Shown here piece by piece: positions 1 to 10,229 of a stretch of 64,000 nucleotides of DNA. Where the stretch lies: contig JBMOMD010000037.1 of the NCBI GenBank assembly GCA_049325295.1, positions 4,631-68,630 on the forward strand, written 5' to 3'. Numbering within the stretch: position 1 is the first letter of the stretch; every line of letters starts with the position of its first letter. Made by a program: the position numbers and the translations under genes. Source of the DNA: Nitrospirota bacterium (lineage in GTDB: Bacteria; Nitrospirota; Nitrospiria; 2-01-FULL-66-17). The notes beneath the pieces are model-generated. The model searched no databases. It saw only the letters and a list, made by a program, of their open reading frames with translations, and was not told the origin of the DNA.

Positions 1-135
1 CTGATCTTCTGGGTGTTCACGTTGTTCGTCTTCTGGCTTGGTGAGTTCTCCTCGCACAAGCAGGTTCCCTCGATGGTTGATGAGCGGCAGCCCTCCGGTC
101 TTGGGCAGCCCGTGATCGCTGGAGGCTCCAAGTAG
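1..135 (+). CDS. 3' end of a membrane protein, probably a cytochrome bd-like oxidase subunit (partial)
   Basis: Frame 1 reads LIFWVFTLFVFWLGEF...GGSK* (a TM helix plus tail) and directly precedes cytochrome c genes, as in Nitrospirota bd-like oxidase clusters. Confidence 0.45.
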   Translation: MIFWVFTLFVFWLGEFSSHKQVPSMVDERQPSGLGQPVIAGGSK

Positions 136-209
136 CCCCGACCGACTGATGGTCAATCGGCCCCTCCTGATCGGAGGGGCCGGAAATTTCCCGACGAGGA
201 GATGAGACG

Positions 210-1451
210 GTGATTCCAGGAAAGCTTGGACTACTTGTAGGTACCGTGGCCGGTATCGCCTTCATTAAATGGGCGTCATCGGGAATGGGTTCGCTCGGTC
301 TGGCGTTCGGCCTGCTGCTCAGCGCCGTGTTCCTGATGTGGCTCGGGTATATGTTGCCAAAGGCCCGCATGCTGTTGATCGCGGTCGGTTTCTTCACGCT
401 GTTGAGCGGCACGTTCGCAAGTTACTCGAACTGGCTCCCTCAGGTTCGCGGCGAAGTTCCCACGGTCGAACCCGCCGGCGCCGCGAAAAAAGCCGAGGAT
501 ATGACGACCCAGGAACTCGCCGACAAGGGCGAGATGATTATCTTCGGCGAAATGGGCACCTTGCACGGACAGGGTAAAGGCCAGTGCCCGCTTTGCCACG
601 GGTTCCAGAAGGGGGCGTTGAGCGAGCGGGCGCCGAACCTTTCTGGGATTCCCATGCGGGCCGCGGAGCGGATCAAAGATGCCCGCTATTTGAAGCCCGA
701 CAGCGTCAAAACCGAGTCGTTCGCGGGGAGCGGTCGGGCCACGAGCGCGATCGAATACATCGCGGAATCACACGCGTGTCCGAACTGCTTTATCGTCGCC
801 GGCTACGGGGTGAAAGGCAGCAATGACCGCGAAAGCCCGATGCCCGAGATTCACAAGGGCGCGATCGGTCTGACCATCGACGAGATGATCGCGGTCGATA
901 TCTGGATGTTCGTCCGCGAAGGAGAAGAGGCCCCGGCGGTGGCGGACCTTCGCGCGGCCTACGAGAAGTTTATTCCGGAGAGCGAGCGGAAGGCTCCGGA
1001 ACCCGAGGTCGCGGGCGGCGCGCCGGCCGGACCTCCTATCGCGATGGGAACGGATTCACCCGAGCAGATGATCAAAAAGATGGGCTGCGCCGGTTGCCAC
1101 GCGATTCCGGGCACGGAATTCACCACCGGGGCGGTTGGGCCGGTGCTGGCCGAAAAGATGACGTCAGTGAAACGATTGGCTTCGGCGGAGTATAAGGCTC
1201 GCGTGAAAGAAGGGAAAGCGCACGCCAAGACGCCGAAAGAGTACGTGATCGAATCCATCATGAACCCGAGCGCGTTTGTGGTGCCGATGTTCGCATTCGG
1301 GAACCCCAATCAATCGATGATGCCGCCTGATTTCTCCAAGAAATTTACTTACGAAGCGGTCGAAAAGCTGGCGGACTTCCTTCTGCAGCAAGATGAGGCG
1401 GCCGCGGCCAAGAGCAATATCAAGATGGATGCGGACGGGAAAAAAGGCTAG
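210..1451 (+). CDS. Membrane-anchored diheme cytochrome c
   Basis: N-terminal TM helices, CPLCH and CAGCH heme motifs, and two internally similar domains (YIAES...SPMP / YVIES...SMMP). GAGGA RBS upstream. Confidence 0.85.
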   Translation: MIPGKLGLLVGTVAGIAFIKWASSGMGSLGLAFGLLLSAVFLMWLGYMLPKARMLLIAVGFFTLLSGTFASYSNWLPQVRGEVPTVEPAGAAKKAEDMTTQELADKGEMIIFGEMGTLHGQGKGQCPLCHGFQKGALSERAPNLSGIPMRAAERIKDARYLKPDSVKTESFAGSGRATSAIEYIAESHACPNCFIVAGYGVKGSNDRESPMPEIHKGAIGLTIDEMIAVDIWMFVREGEEAPAVADLRAAYEKFIPESERKAPEPEVAGGAPAGPPIAMGTDSPEQMIKKMGCAGCHAIPGTEFTTGAVGPVLAEKMTSVKRLASAEYKARVKEGKAHAKTPKEYVIESIMNPSAFVVPMFAFGNPNQSMMPPDFSKKFTYEAVEKLADFLLQQDEAAAAKSNIKMDADGKKG

Positions 1452-1562
1452 TGGAGTAGTCTCGCTTTGAAATTCTGAGGCCATCACGCGGAAGAGTGTC
1501 GGCCCCAAGGCGGGATGAAATAGGTTGGATTAACCGAAGTTTTCGCGGGAGGAGGGGGTCCG

Positions 1563-2480
1563 GTGGGAAAGATTTGGATTCCGGGAGCAATGCCGATCGA
1601 GCTCCTGCTGATCCTGACGGCGGTGTTCTTTGCCTTTGTGATCGGCGGTTGGATGCTGAAGAAGCAAGGTCGTTCCATTCCGAAATTCTGGCAAGCCCTG
1701 TTGATTTGGGGCGCCGCCTACATCGTGCTGCGGTATGTCTTGTTTCCGCCGATTCCCTCGGCGTTGCTGAAGACCTATATGGGGTTGATCACCTTGGTGG
1801 TCTTTCTGCTGGTCTCGGCCGACGAGGAGTCGTGGGCGGAATTTAAGAAACCGATCCTCGACACGCTCGGCGGAGCGACCCCCACCCATCGCGGTGTGCG
1901 TACGGTCACGTTCGTGGCGCTGCCCGCGTTGATGGCCTGGGGTACCTGGGACACGGTGGTACCGAAATTCGAGGAGCCGATTGAGCTCCGTACCGTGCAT
2001 CCGGCGCCGCCGGCGTCGGTGAAGGTCCAAGGCAAGACCTACACCTTGCAGACCGCGCAGAATCCCTTCCGTGTTGACGAGAGCGGAAACTACGCGCAGA
2101 ACATTCAGCAGGAACACATCAACGACAATCCGTTCGATCCGAACGCCTCGAAGTACATGCAGTATGTACGGGAGGGCGGCGCGATCTTCTTCCAGAACTG
2201 CCACTTCTGCCACGGCGATAACCTCGACGGTCGCGGGATGTTCGCGTTTGCGTTCAATCCGATTCCGGCCAACTTCGCGGATCCCGGTACCATCGCGCAG
2301 TTGCAGGAAACCTTCGTGTTCTGGCGCGTCGCGAAGGGCGGGATGGGGCTTCCTCGCGAAGGATTCCCGTGGGCGTCCGTAATGCCGCCGTGGGAACAAC
2401 ATTTGACGGCCGACGAGATGTGGAAGGCCATCTTGTTCGAGTACTGGCACACGGGATTCTACCCGCGAACGTGGGATTGA
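1563..2480 (+). CDS. Membrane-anchored monoheme cytochrome c
   Basis: Several TM helices, CHFCH motif, distal Met candidate in SVMPPW; GGAGG RBS. Confidence 0.85.
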   Translation: MGKIWIPGAMPIELLLILTAVFFAFVIGGWMLKKQGRSIPKFWQALLIWGAAYIVLRYVLFPPIPSALLKTYMGLITLVVFLLVSADEESWAEFKKPILDTLGGATPTHRGVRTVTFVALPALMAWGTWDTVVPKFEEPIELRTVHPAPPASVKVQGKTYTLQTAQNPFRVDESGNYAQNIQQEHINDNPFDPNASKYMQYVREGGAIFFQNCHFCHGDNLDGRGMFAFAFNPIPANFADPGTIAQLQETFVFWRVAKGGMGLPREGFPWASVMPPWEQHLTADEMWKAILFEYWHTGFYPRTWD

Positions 2481-2543
2481 TGCGCGTCGGTCAAAGCGTG
2501 TAACGCAACTACTGACACATCGGGTGACAAAGGGAGTCCAACG

Positions 2544-4235
2544 ATGAAGGGGATGGCAGAAGGCAAGAAAAAGCGCGTAACCGTACTGGTCGGCTTGGGA
2601 CTGGCGGGGCTGATCGGCGTGGGGGCGCTCTCGATCGGATGGATCACCGGCGCACAGGCCCAGGAAAAGGCCGCCGAGGCGCCGAAGACGCAGGGGCTGC
2701 CCGCGAAGGCGACGCCCGAGGACTTGGAAGCCGGCAAGGCGGTGTATTTCCGGAAGTGCGTGTGGTGTCACGGGCCGGAAGGGGCCGGCGATGGACCTGG
2801 AGCCGATCGCCTGTGGCCGAGACCTCGTAATTTCAATCAAGGCACGTTTAAGATTCGGCACACCGCCAGCGGTGAACTGCCGACCTTGGATGACTTGTTC
2901 CTCTCGGTGACCCACGGCTTGCCCGGGTCGGCCATGCCTTCGTGGGAGGGTATTCTGACCGACAAGCAGCGCCGGCAGGTGGTGGAGTTTGTGCGGACCG
3001 AGCTGGTGAAGGATCGTGATTTCACGGACCAGGAAACGGAAACCTTGACCGTGATCAGCTTCGGCAAGCAGATCCCGAGCTCCGAGGAGAGTATCAAGCG
3101 CGGTCGCGAAGTCTTCATGAGCAAGGGGAAGTGCGTGGAGTGCCACGGCGAAGACGGTCGTGGAGACGGCAACGCGACCCAGAAAGACGAATGGGGTTTC
3201 CCGATCCGCCCGGCGGATCTGCACAAATGCTGGAACTTCCGCGGCAACCGTCGTGATCCGTACAACCCCGCGAACATCTTCCGCGAGGTCTCGACGGGCT
3301 TGAACGGTACGCCGATGCCGTCGTTCGCGGAGGCGTTGAGCGAAGACGAGCGCTGGGACGTGGCGAATTTCGTGATTTCGCTCTGTCCGAAGAAGCAGAT
3401 CGACGAGCAGACCACCAAGCCGATGAACGACTTCGTGCTCCGCGCGAGATTCGTTGAAGGCGAGATTCCCGCGACTCCGGACGACCCGCAATGGCAGGAG
3501 CGCGCGCCGAACTACATCGGGCTCGGCGGGCAGATCACGCACAAGCCCCGGAACTTCGTCCGGCAGGTCGATGAAGTGTGGGTGCGTTCCTTGTACAACG
3601 GGACCGAGGTGGCGTATTTGCTGGAGTGGGGTGATCGCAACAAGAGCGTCGGGACGCCGGAGAGCCTGGCGAAGGCGGTCAGCTATGAAGAGACGCCGCC
3701 GGCGGGACAACCGATCGCGCTCCGCGAGAATCCGGAGTTCAAGGACGCGCTGGCCATTCAGTTCCCGACCAAGTGGGAAAGTCTCAATGCGCCGGAGAAA
3801 CCGCGTTTTATCTTCGGTGACGCGAAAAACGGCGTGGATTTGTGGAAATGGGAGGTGGACGGCAAAGTGACCATGGCGAACGGCGCCGGGTGGGACCAGG
3901 ATCTCGTTCCCCACGGCAGCGACGAGGTCAAGGCGGTGTTCGCTGAACATAAAAACGGAACCTGGCGCGTGATCTTGAAGCGAGCCATGACCACGGATGA
4001 CCAGGAGAAGGCCGTTCAGTTCACCACCGGCAAGTACATTCCGATCTTGTTCATGGTGTGGGACGGCCACAACGGCGATGCCGGCCGCAAGATGTCGATC
4101 TCGAGCTGGTACCACACCATCCTGGAACCGCCGATCCCGACCAAGGCGTACGTGTACCCGGTCTTTGCCGCGTTGTTCGTGATCGGGCTCCAGTTCTGGG
4201 TGGTCTCGAAGGTGAAGAACGGCAAGAAGAAATAA
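2544..4235 (+). CDS. Diheme cytochrome c fused to an ethylbenzene-dehydrogenase-gamma-like (EB_dh/DOMON) domain, with C-terminal TM anchor
   Basis: Signal peptide, CVWCH and CVECH, then VRSLYNGTEVAYLLEWGD, DALAIQFP and VWDGHNGD...KMSISSW motifs typical of EB_dh. Confidence 0.85.
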   Translation: MKGMAEGKKKRVTVLVGLGLAGLIGVGALSIGWITGAQAQEKAAEAPKTQGLPAKATPEDLEAGKAVYFRKCVWCHGPEGAGDGPGADRLWPRPRNFNQGTFKIRHTASGELPTLDDLFLSVTHGLPGSAMPSWEGILTDKQRRQVVEFVRTELVKDRDFTDQETETLTVISFGKQIPSSEESIKRGREVFMSKGKCVECHGEDGRGDGNATQKDEWGFPIRPADLHKCWNFRGNRRDPYNPANIFREVSTGLNGTPMPSFAEALSEDERWDVANFVISLCPKKQIDEQTTKPMNDFVLRARFVEGEIPATPDDPQWQERAPNYIGLGGQITHKPRNFVRQVDEVWVRSLYNGTEVAYLLEWGDRNKSVGTPESLAKAVSYEETPPAGQPIALRENPEFKDALAIQFPTKWESLNAPEKPRFIFGDAKNGVDLWKWEVDGKVTMANGAGWDQDLVPHGSDEVKAVFAEHKNGTWRVILKRAMTTDDQEKAVQFTTGKYIPILFMVWDGHNGDAGRKMSISSWYHTILEPPIPTKAYVYPVFAALFVIGLQFWVVSKVKNGKKK

Positions 4236-4267
4236 CGGTCGAACCTGACCGATTGTTGGTGATATCC

Positions 4268-4306
4268 CGAGAGGCCCTGCCCGGTTGGCAGGGCCTCTCG
4301 TTTCTT
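4268..4306 (+). terminator. Rho-independent terminator
   Basis: 14-bp stem cgagaggccctgcc/ggcagggcctctcg followed by tttctt. Confidence 0.75.
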
Positions 4307-4343
4307 GCAGTACGGCGTAAAACTGAGAGACACTGCGAGATCG

Positions 4344-4413
4344 CTGGACACCCGCCTTCGCGGGTGTGACGAATAGGAATAGGGAGGACATTCCCGCGAA
4401 GGCGGGAATCCAG
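4344..4413. repeat. Inverted pair of REP-like palindromes (ATTCCC-N8-GGGAAT type)
   Basis: ctggacacccgccttcgcgggtgtgac and gacattcccgcgaaggcgggaatccag in opposite orientation. Confidence 0.75.
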
Positions 4414-4457
4414 AGGCCCCTGTTTTTTCGCGGGTTGAGCCGAATCCTGGAGCGAGT

Positions 4458-5261
4458 GTGGGCGACAAATCGGAAATTCTGTTCCTGCTGTTCAGCCAAT
4501 TGTCGGTCGGCGGGGTGGTGTTGCTGGCGGCGATCGCCAAACGGCAACTCGGGTTGAGCTTCTTTCGGCTGAACGGCATGATTTTCTTTCTTCTCTTCGG
4601 CGTGGCGATTCCCGGAGTACCGACCGGCGGAGCGGTCGGACCGTGGTCGCACGCGGTCACGGCGCTGACGTTGGCCTATGCGGTGGCGTTGTTCGTCTAC
4701 GTGGTGCTGTTTTGGATCAAAAAGGAGTATCACCCGGTGGGATGGCTCTACGCCGCGGCCGCGCTCGGTTTGGCGCTCGTCATCGCGAGCGGCGCGCTCT
4801 ACGCGGGGCGGGCTGGCGCCGCGTCGTTTGCTCCCGGCATTCCGGTCAGCTTCCTGTTGTCCACGTTCGTCCTCGGGTCCTCCATGCTCGGGATGTTGCT
4901 CGGGCACCGGTATCTCACCAGTCCCAACCTGCCGATGAGCCACTTGAACGTGTTGGCGTGGATCTTCCTGGTTGCGGTCGTGCTCCAGGGCGTCTTGACC
5001 GCGCTCACGTTCACGTTCGGCCTTCCTTCGGACGTGTCGGGAGCCGCGTTGCGCTTGGAGAGCGTGCTCGGTCTCTTCTTATGGATCAGGGTCGCGGTCG
5101 GGATCCTGGCGCCCGTGGTGCTCGCCGCGATGATCCTGAACACGATTCGCTACAAAGCCAACATGTCGGCAACCGGGCTGCTGTATATCGCCGCGTTGAT
5201 GGTGTTGGCGGGTGAGGCGTTTTCCCGGTATCTGCTGCTTGCGGAGTCTATTCTGTTATAG
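4458..5261 (+). CDS. Polytopic membrane protein of unknown function (possibly NrfD/DmsC-like)
   Basis: About 8 hydrophobic segments; MLLGHRYL and SATGLLY motifs. Confidence 0.6.
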   Translation: MGDKSEILFLLFSQLSVGGVVLLAAIAKRQLGLSFFRLNGMIFFLLFGVAIPGVPTGGAVGPWSHAVTALTLAYAVALFVYVVLFWIKKEYHPVGWLYAAAALGLALVIASGALYAGRAGAASFAPGIPVSFLLSTFVLGSSMLGMLLGHRYLTSPNLPMSHLNVLAWIFLVAVVLQGVLTALTFTFGLPSDVSGAALRLESVLGLFLWIRVAVGILAPVVLAAMILNTIRYKANMSATGLLYIAALMVLAGEAFSRYLLLAESILL

Positions 5262-5269
5262 TCCGTTCT

Positions 5270-5392
5270 GAGCCTGTCCATGAACGGCCATCTGCGGCGT
5301 TGCCGCTGCGCTTCCGGTGCTCACGTACGACCCAGTACGCTGCGCTCCGGTTCTCGCGGCGCCTTGCATCTGGCACGTTCCTGAACAGGCTC
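5270..5392 (+). mobile_element. Rod-like palindromic MITE-like element, copy A
   Basis: Terminal inverted repeats gagcctgtccatgaacggcca/tggcacgttcctgaacaggctc; conserved core ctcacgtacgacccagtacgct. Confidence 0.75.
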
Positions 5393-5482
5393 CGCTCCGG
5401 GGAACGCGGAGCGGTAATACATCAAACCTCGAAACTCCTTCGCGGGCGGTAGCCACTTCGCGAAAACGTTCGGAGATTCCGA

Positions 5483-6190
5483 GTGCCTACGATCTCGTAT
5501 CGGGCCGTTCTTCAAGCGATTGAGACTCTCACGTCGAGCGTGAAGGTCTTCCGGCTCGCCGTTGATGCAAGCCCGGCGTTTACGTTCAGAGCCGGGCAGT
5601 TCGTGATGGTCGACGTGCCCAAGGGCGAGACCGTGGTGCGTAAGGCGTATTCGATCGCGTCGCCGCCGTCGCAAAGCGGGACCATCGACTTGTGCATCAA
5701 ACACGTGGAAGGCGGGTACGTCTCCTCCTATTTTCACGAACGGCTCCACGTGGGCGACACACTGACCATTTCCGACGCGCGCGGCAGCTTCGTGGACCGG
5801 GGCGGGGAGTACGAACGGCTGTACGTGGCCGCGGGCACCGGCGTGGCGCCGATCCGCAGCATGATCCTGAGTCTGCACGAGCGCGGCGTCGCCGGACCCA
5901 TGTCGCTGTATTTCGGCGTGCGTCACGAGGACGAGATCCTCTACGAATCCGACTGGCGCCGCCTCGAAACCGCGCGCGCGGGATTCCGATTCTTCCCCAC
6001 GGTCAGCCGTCCACGCGAGTGGTCCGGCCGCGTGGGCTGGGTGCAAAACGCGTTGCGCGAGACCCTGACCGATCCCGCAGCGAAGATCGCGTACGTCTGC
6101 GGCCTGGTGCCCATGGTCAAAGAAGTCAAAGCCCTGTTGCTGGAGCTGGGCGTGCCGCGCGAGCAGATCCACACGGAGAAGTACACGTAA
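5483..6190 (+). CDS. FAD/NAD(P)-binding oxidoreductase (ferredoxin-NADP reductase family)
   Basis: FRAGQF, KAYSIAS, GYVSSY, AAGTGVAP, YVCG and terminal EKY motifs. Confidence 0.85.
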   Translation: MPTISYRAVLQAIETLTSSVKVFRLAVDASPAFTFRAGQFVMVDVPKGETVVRKAYSIASPPSQSGTIDLCIKHVEGGYVSSYFHERLHVGDTLTISDARGSFVDRGGEYERLYVAAGTGVAPIRSMILSLHERGVAGPMSLYFGVRHEDEILYESDWRRLETARAGFRFFPTVSRPREWSGRVGWVQNALRETLTDPAAKIAYVCGLVPMVKEVKALLLELGVPREQIHTEKYT

Positions 6191-6191
6191 A

Positions 6192-6333
6192 GGCGGTTAG
6201 CCGGTGCGCCGGTTTGCCGGTTGGCCGGTGAAGTGCGGAACACATTGCTCGTTGTGCGCAGTTCGTACGACCAACGTACGTTGCCCTTACCGGCACACCG
6301 GCGCACCGGCTAACCGGCTAACCGGCGAACGCC
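6192..6333. repeat. Inverted arrays of octamer tandem repeats (gccggtNN ... NNaccggc)
   Basis: Five gccggtNN units, a ~55-bp spacer, then five NNaccggc units. Confidence 0.75.
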
Positions 6334-6350
6334 TTATCCCCCACGCTCGT

Positions 6351-6380
6351 TTGACTCGTCCGTCAAACTTGTGTTACAAC
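6351..6380 (+). promoter_or_regulatory. Possible sigma70 promoter for yebC-ruvCAB
   Basis: TTGACT-18 bp-TACAAC with an extended-10 TG. Confidence 0.35.
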
Positions 6381-6429
6381 CACGCTGTTTTCCAGGCAAA
6401 TTTTCGCGTCATTTCCTCGGAGTTTCGTC

Positions 6430-7182
6430 ATGTCCGGCCACTCGAAATGGGCCACCACCAAGCATAAGAAAGCCGCGGCGGATTCCAAACGCGGGAAAAT
6501 TTTCACCAAGCTGATCAAAGAGTTGACGGTTGCCGCGCGCATCGGGGGCGGCGATCCGGACGGCAACGCCCGCTTGCGGGTGGCTATTCTGAAGTCCAAG
6601 GAAGCCAACATGCCGGCGGACAATATCAAACGCGCCATCATGAAGGGCACGGGCGAATTGCCGGGCGTGAATTACGAAGAAATGGTGTACGAAGGCTACG
6701 GCCCGGGCGGCACCGCGTTGTTGGTCGAGATCATGACCGACAATAAGAACCGCACCGTGTCCGAGATCCGCCACGTGTTTTCCAAAAACGGCGGGAACAT
6801 GGGCGAGGCCGGGTGCGTGGCCTGGATGTTCCAAAAGCGCGGCTACATCACGGTGGACAAGAACAAGGCGGACGAAGACACGCTGATGACCCTGGCCTTG
6901 GACGCGGGCGCCGAAGACATGAAATCCGACGACGAAGCGGTGTTCGAGATCTTCACCGCGCCGGCCGACGTGGAAGCGGTCAAGAAGGCCTTGGAAGACA
7001 AGAAAGTGTCGGTCACCCTGGCCGAGGCCGCGCAGATTCCGCAGACCTACATCAAGCTCGAGGGCAAGGACGCCGAGCAGATGATCAAGTTGATGGACGC
7101 GTTGGAAGATCACGACGACGTCCAGAAGGTGCACGCGAACTTCGACATCGACCAGGCCGTGTTGGAGAAGGTGCTGGGGTAA
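6430..7182 (+). CDS. yebC: YebC/PmpR family protein
   Basis: [22 protein letters not shown] and [13 protein letters not shown] motifs. Confidence 0.95.
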   Translation: MSGHSKWATTKHKKAAADSKRGKIFTKLIKELTVAARIGGGDPDGNARLRVAILKSKEANMPADNIKRAIMKGTGELPGVNYEEMVYEGYGPGGTALLVEIMTDNKNRTVSEIRHVFSKNGGNMGEAGCVAWMFQKRGYITVDKNKADEDTLMTLALDAGAEDMKSDDEAVFEIFTAPADVEAVKKALEDKKVSVTLAEAAQIPQTYIKLEGKDAEQMIKLMDALEDHDDVQKVHANFDIDQAVLEKVLG

Positions 7183-7220
7183 GGCGCACCGTCCGCGGCT
7201 CAAGGGAGAAAGGGCCGGCC

Positions 7221-7742
7221 ATGCGGATTTTGGGAATCGATCCCGGGTTGAACGCCACCGGGTACGGCGTGGTGGAGATGCAGGGCTCGGATCTCTGCCA
7301 CGTGGCCTCCGGCACCATCGTGGTTCCCTCCACGCGCGCGTTGCCCGCGCGCCTCAACCAGCTCTTCGAATCCCTGCGCGAGGTGTGCGAGCGCTACCGA
7401 CCCGACGAGGTCGCGGTGGAAAACACGTTCTTGGCCAAGAACGTGGCGGTGGCGCTCAAGCTCGGTCAGGCCAAGGGCGTGGCGTTGCTGGTGGCGGAGC
7501 AATCCAACTTGCCGGTGCTGGAGTACACGCCCACGGAAATCAAAATCGCGGTCACAGGCTACGGCGGCGCGGCCAAGGAGCAGGTGCAGTACATGGTCGG
7601 CCGGCTCTTGCGGTTGTCGGTTGAAATGACCACGCACCACGCCACCGATGCGCTGGCCGCGGCGATCTGCCATTTGCACTCCGGAGCCGAGCGGCACGCG
7701 CGGGCCTTCTCCGGCGGGTCGCGCCGCATCGCGCACGCATGA
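7221..7742 (+). CDS. ruvC: Holliday junction resolvase RuvC
   Basis: MRILGIDPG, KLGQAKG, VTGYGGAAKEQVQ and DALAAAICH motifs; ATG at 7221. Confidence 0.95.
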   Translation: MRILGIDPGLNATGYGVVEMQGSDLCHVASGTIVVPSTRALPARLNQLFESLREVCERYRPDEVAVENTFLAKNVAVALKLGQAKGVALLVAEQSNLPVLEYTPTEIKIAVTGYGGAAKEQVQYMVGRLLRLSVEMTTHHATDALAAAICHLHSGAERHARAFSGGSRRIAHA

Positions 7743-8338
7743 TCGCCGCGCTCGCGGGCACGCTGATCGCCAAGACCCCGCAGTCCGTGATCATCGACGT
7801 GCACGGCGTGGGCTACGAAGTCTTCACCTCGCTGCAAACCTACTACCGCCTGCCCGATCTCAAACAAGCCGTTCGCCTGCACACGTACACGCACGTGCGC
7901 GAAGACGCGCTCGTGCTCTACGGGTTTCTGTCCACCGAGGAAAAAGCCGCGTTCCTGTTGTTGATCTCGGTGTCGGGCGTGGGCCCGCGCCTGGGGTTGG
8001 CGTTGCTCTCGGGGCTGTCGGTGGCGGAACTGGCGACCGCGATCCGATCGGGCGACGCGCGCCGGCTCTCCTCCGTGCCCGGCATCGGCCAGAAAACCGC
8101 GGCGCGGCTGATCCTGGAACTGCAATCCAAGATCACCTCGATCGCGCCGGAGACGCCGACCGAAGGCGCGGCCGCACCGTCGTCGGTGGCTGACGACGCC
8201 TTGTCCGCGTTGGTGAACCTCGGGTATCAGCCGCCGGTGGCCAAGGAGATTCTCAAGCAGATTGAACGCAGCCGGCCCGGGGAGGAACTCACGGTGGAAG
8301 ATTTCTTGCGCGAGGCGCTGCGGCGATTGTCCAAATGA
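7739..8338 (+). CDS. ruvA: Holliday junction branch migration protein RuvA
   Basis: [27 protein letters not shown] and [12 protein letters not shown] motifs. Confidence 0.95.
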   Translation: MIAALAGTLIAKTPQSVIIDVHGVGYEVFTSLQTYYRLPDLKQAVRLHTYTHVREDALVLYGFLSTEEKAAFLLLISVSGVGPRLGLALLSGLSVAELATAIRSGDARRLSSVPGIGQKTAARLILELQSKITSIAPETPTEGAAAPSSVADDALSALVNLGYQPPVAKEILKQIERSRPGEELTVEDFLREALRRLSK

Positions 8339-9381
8339 CGATCAAACCCACGCCGGACCGCGCGGACGCGACCCTGGCCGCGGGCATGATGAACGACGAG
8401 CGCGGGTACGAGATCAGCCTGCGCCCACTCGCCTTGGACGAATACATCGGCCAGGAAAAGGTCAAAGAGACCCTGCGCGTGTACATCGAAGCCGCGCGCC
8501 AACGCGGCGAAGTGCTGGACCACACCATCTTCTACGGCCCGCCGGGCCTGGGCAAAACCACGCTCGCGCACATCATCGCCAAGGAACTCGGGGTGCAGCT
8601 CAAAACCACGTCCGGCCCGGCCTTGGAACACGCGGGCGATCTGGCCGCGATCCTGACCAACCTTGCCCCCCGCGACGTGTTCTTCATCGACGAGATCCAC
8701 CGGCTGCACCCGGCGGTGGAAGAAATCCTCTATCCCGCGATGGAGGATTTTCAGCTCGACATCGTGATCGGCCAAGGCCCGTCCGCGCGCAGCATCAAAC
8801 TGGACCTGCCGCCGTTCACCTTGGTGGGCGCCACCACGCGCGCGGGCCTGCTGACCTCGCCGCTGCGCGACCGCTTCGGCGTGATCTCGCGCCTGGAGTA
8901 CTACACCCCGGCCGAACTGGAACAAATCGTCATGCGGTCCTCGCGCCTGTTGAACGTGCCCATCGACCCCGAAGGCGCGCAGGAAATCGCGCGCCGCGCG
9001 CGCGGCACCCCGCGCATCGCGAACCGCCTGCTGCGCCGCGTGCGCGACTTCGCCCAGGTCAAAGCCGACGGCATCATCACCAAAGACTCCGCGCGCGGCG
9101 CCTTGGCCATGATGGAAATCGACGAACACGGCTTCGACGTCATGGACCGCCGCCTGCTCGCCGCCATCATCGACAAATTCAACGGCGGCCCGGTCGGCGT
9201 CGACACGCTCGCCTCCGCCATCGGCGAAGAACGCGAAACCATCGAAGACGTCTACGAACCCTTCCTCTTACAAGGCGGTTTCCTCGACCGCACCCCCCGC
9301 GGCCGCCTCGCCACCCCGCTGGCGTACCAACATCTGAACCGACCACAACCGAACAACGCGGATCAAAAGCCTCTGTGGTAG
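8335..9381 (+). CDS. ruvB: Holliday junction ATP-dependent DNA helicase RuvB
   Basis: GPPGLGKTT Walker [16 protein letters not shown] and RTPRGR motifs. Confidence 0.97.
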   Translation: MTIKPTPDRADATLAAGMMNDERGYEISLRPLALDEYIGQEKVKETLRVYIEAARQRGEVLDHTIFYGPPGLGKTTLAHIIAKELGVQLKTTSGPALEHAGDLAAILTNLAPRDVFFIDEIHRLHPAVEEILYPAMEDFQLDIVIGQGPSARSIKLDLPPFTLVGATTRAGLLTSPLRDRFGVISRLEYYTPAELEQIVMRSSRLLNVPIDPEGAQEIARRARGTPRIANRLLRRVRDFAQVKADGIITKDSARGALAMMEIDEHGFDVMDRRLLAAIIDKFNGGPVGVDTLASAIGEERETIEDVYEPFLLQGGFLDRTPRGRLATPLAYQHLNRPQPNNADQKPLW

Positions 9382-9423
9382 TTGGGAAGGGGCGGGACTA
9401 ACTCCCTTTAAGGAAGTAAGGAA

Positions 9424-10173
9424 ATGTCTCCGGTGCCTTGGTCAAAGGCTGTCGAAATCATAGAGCCCCACGTTGTGCGCATCTCAACGCCACGGGGGTC
9501 TGGAACCGGTTTCCTGATTTCGAACGGCAAAAACAATCCGGTGTGTGGTATTGCCACGGCGGCGCATGTTGTGGATCACGCTCATTATTGGGAAGAGCCG
9601 ATCCGTCTTGACCATGTGAGTTCAGGGAAATCACTCGTAGTCCGGCGGGATGAAAGAGCCGTTATTCTGGATGTGGTACGAGATACAGCGGCTCTTCTCT
9701 TCAATCGCGGCGATTTACCCTTTCCTGCCGATCCATTGCCGTTAGCTCCCAAGGACAGGTTCCTCAAAGTCGGAAGCGAGATTGCATGGCTTGGATTTCC
9801 CGCGATACCTGCGGCTAGTTTGTGCTTTTTCTCCGGCAATGTGAGCGCTTGGCTTCAGGCGCAGGGAGCGTACTTGGTCGACGGGGTTGCAATCAACGGC
9901 GTGAGCGGAGGACCGTCATTTCATGTCGCACTGATTGAGGACAATCCGGTCGTGTTTGTCATGGGTGTGGTGTCAGCGTACGTTCCAAATCGAGCGACTG
10001 GAGAGGTACTGCCTGGTTTGTCGGTTGTTCGCGACGTGGCTCAGTTTCACGAGCTTGCTCCAACGTTCGCGTCACTGGATCAGGCTCGTTCTGCGGAGAC
10101 ACCAGCCGAGCCGCCTCCACCTGCACCGGAGGGCGATGGACTTTCGGATACTCCAGCTCGTCGCGCTCTTTAA
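9424..10173 (+). CDS. Trypsin-like serine protease
   Basis: GSGTGF, ATAAHVV (His), DTAAL (Asp) and NGVSGGP (Ser); lower GC than the core genes. Confidence 0.75.
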   Translation: MSPVPWSKAVEIIEPHVVRISTPRGSGTGFLISNGKNNPVCGIATAAHVVDHAHYWEEPIRLDHVSSGKSLVVRRDERAVILDVVRDTAALLFNRGDLPFPADPLPLAPKDRFLKVGSEIAWLGFPAIPAASLCFFSGNVSAWLQAQGAYLVDGVAINGVSGGPSFHVALIEDNPVVFVMGVVSAYVPNRATGEVLPGLSVVRDVAQFHELAPTFASLDQARSAETPAEPPPPAPEGDGLSDTPARRAL

Positions 10174-10229
10174 CTGGCGATAGATCAGGGGCAGGGTATT
10201 TTGTCTCAATTTGTTACAAAGGGAAATCG

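Noticed and set aside
1530-4943. 1137-aa minus-strand ORF
   Set aside because: It is the antisense shadow of GC-rich cytochrome genes, has no motifs, and runs through a terminator and REP elements.
5317-5523. Short ORFs sharing the peptide TYDPVRC (also near 27.2, 40.0 and 42.4 kb)
   Set aside because: They are translations of the repeated DNA element, and frames and lengths are not conserved.
10167-10200. Possible integron attC start (ctttaactggcg) at the protease stop
   Set aside because: There is no matching GTTRRRY box or complete attC hairpin, and no integrase in the window.
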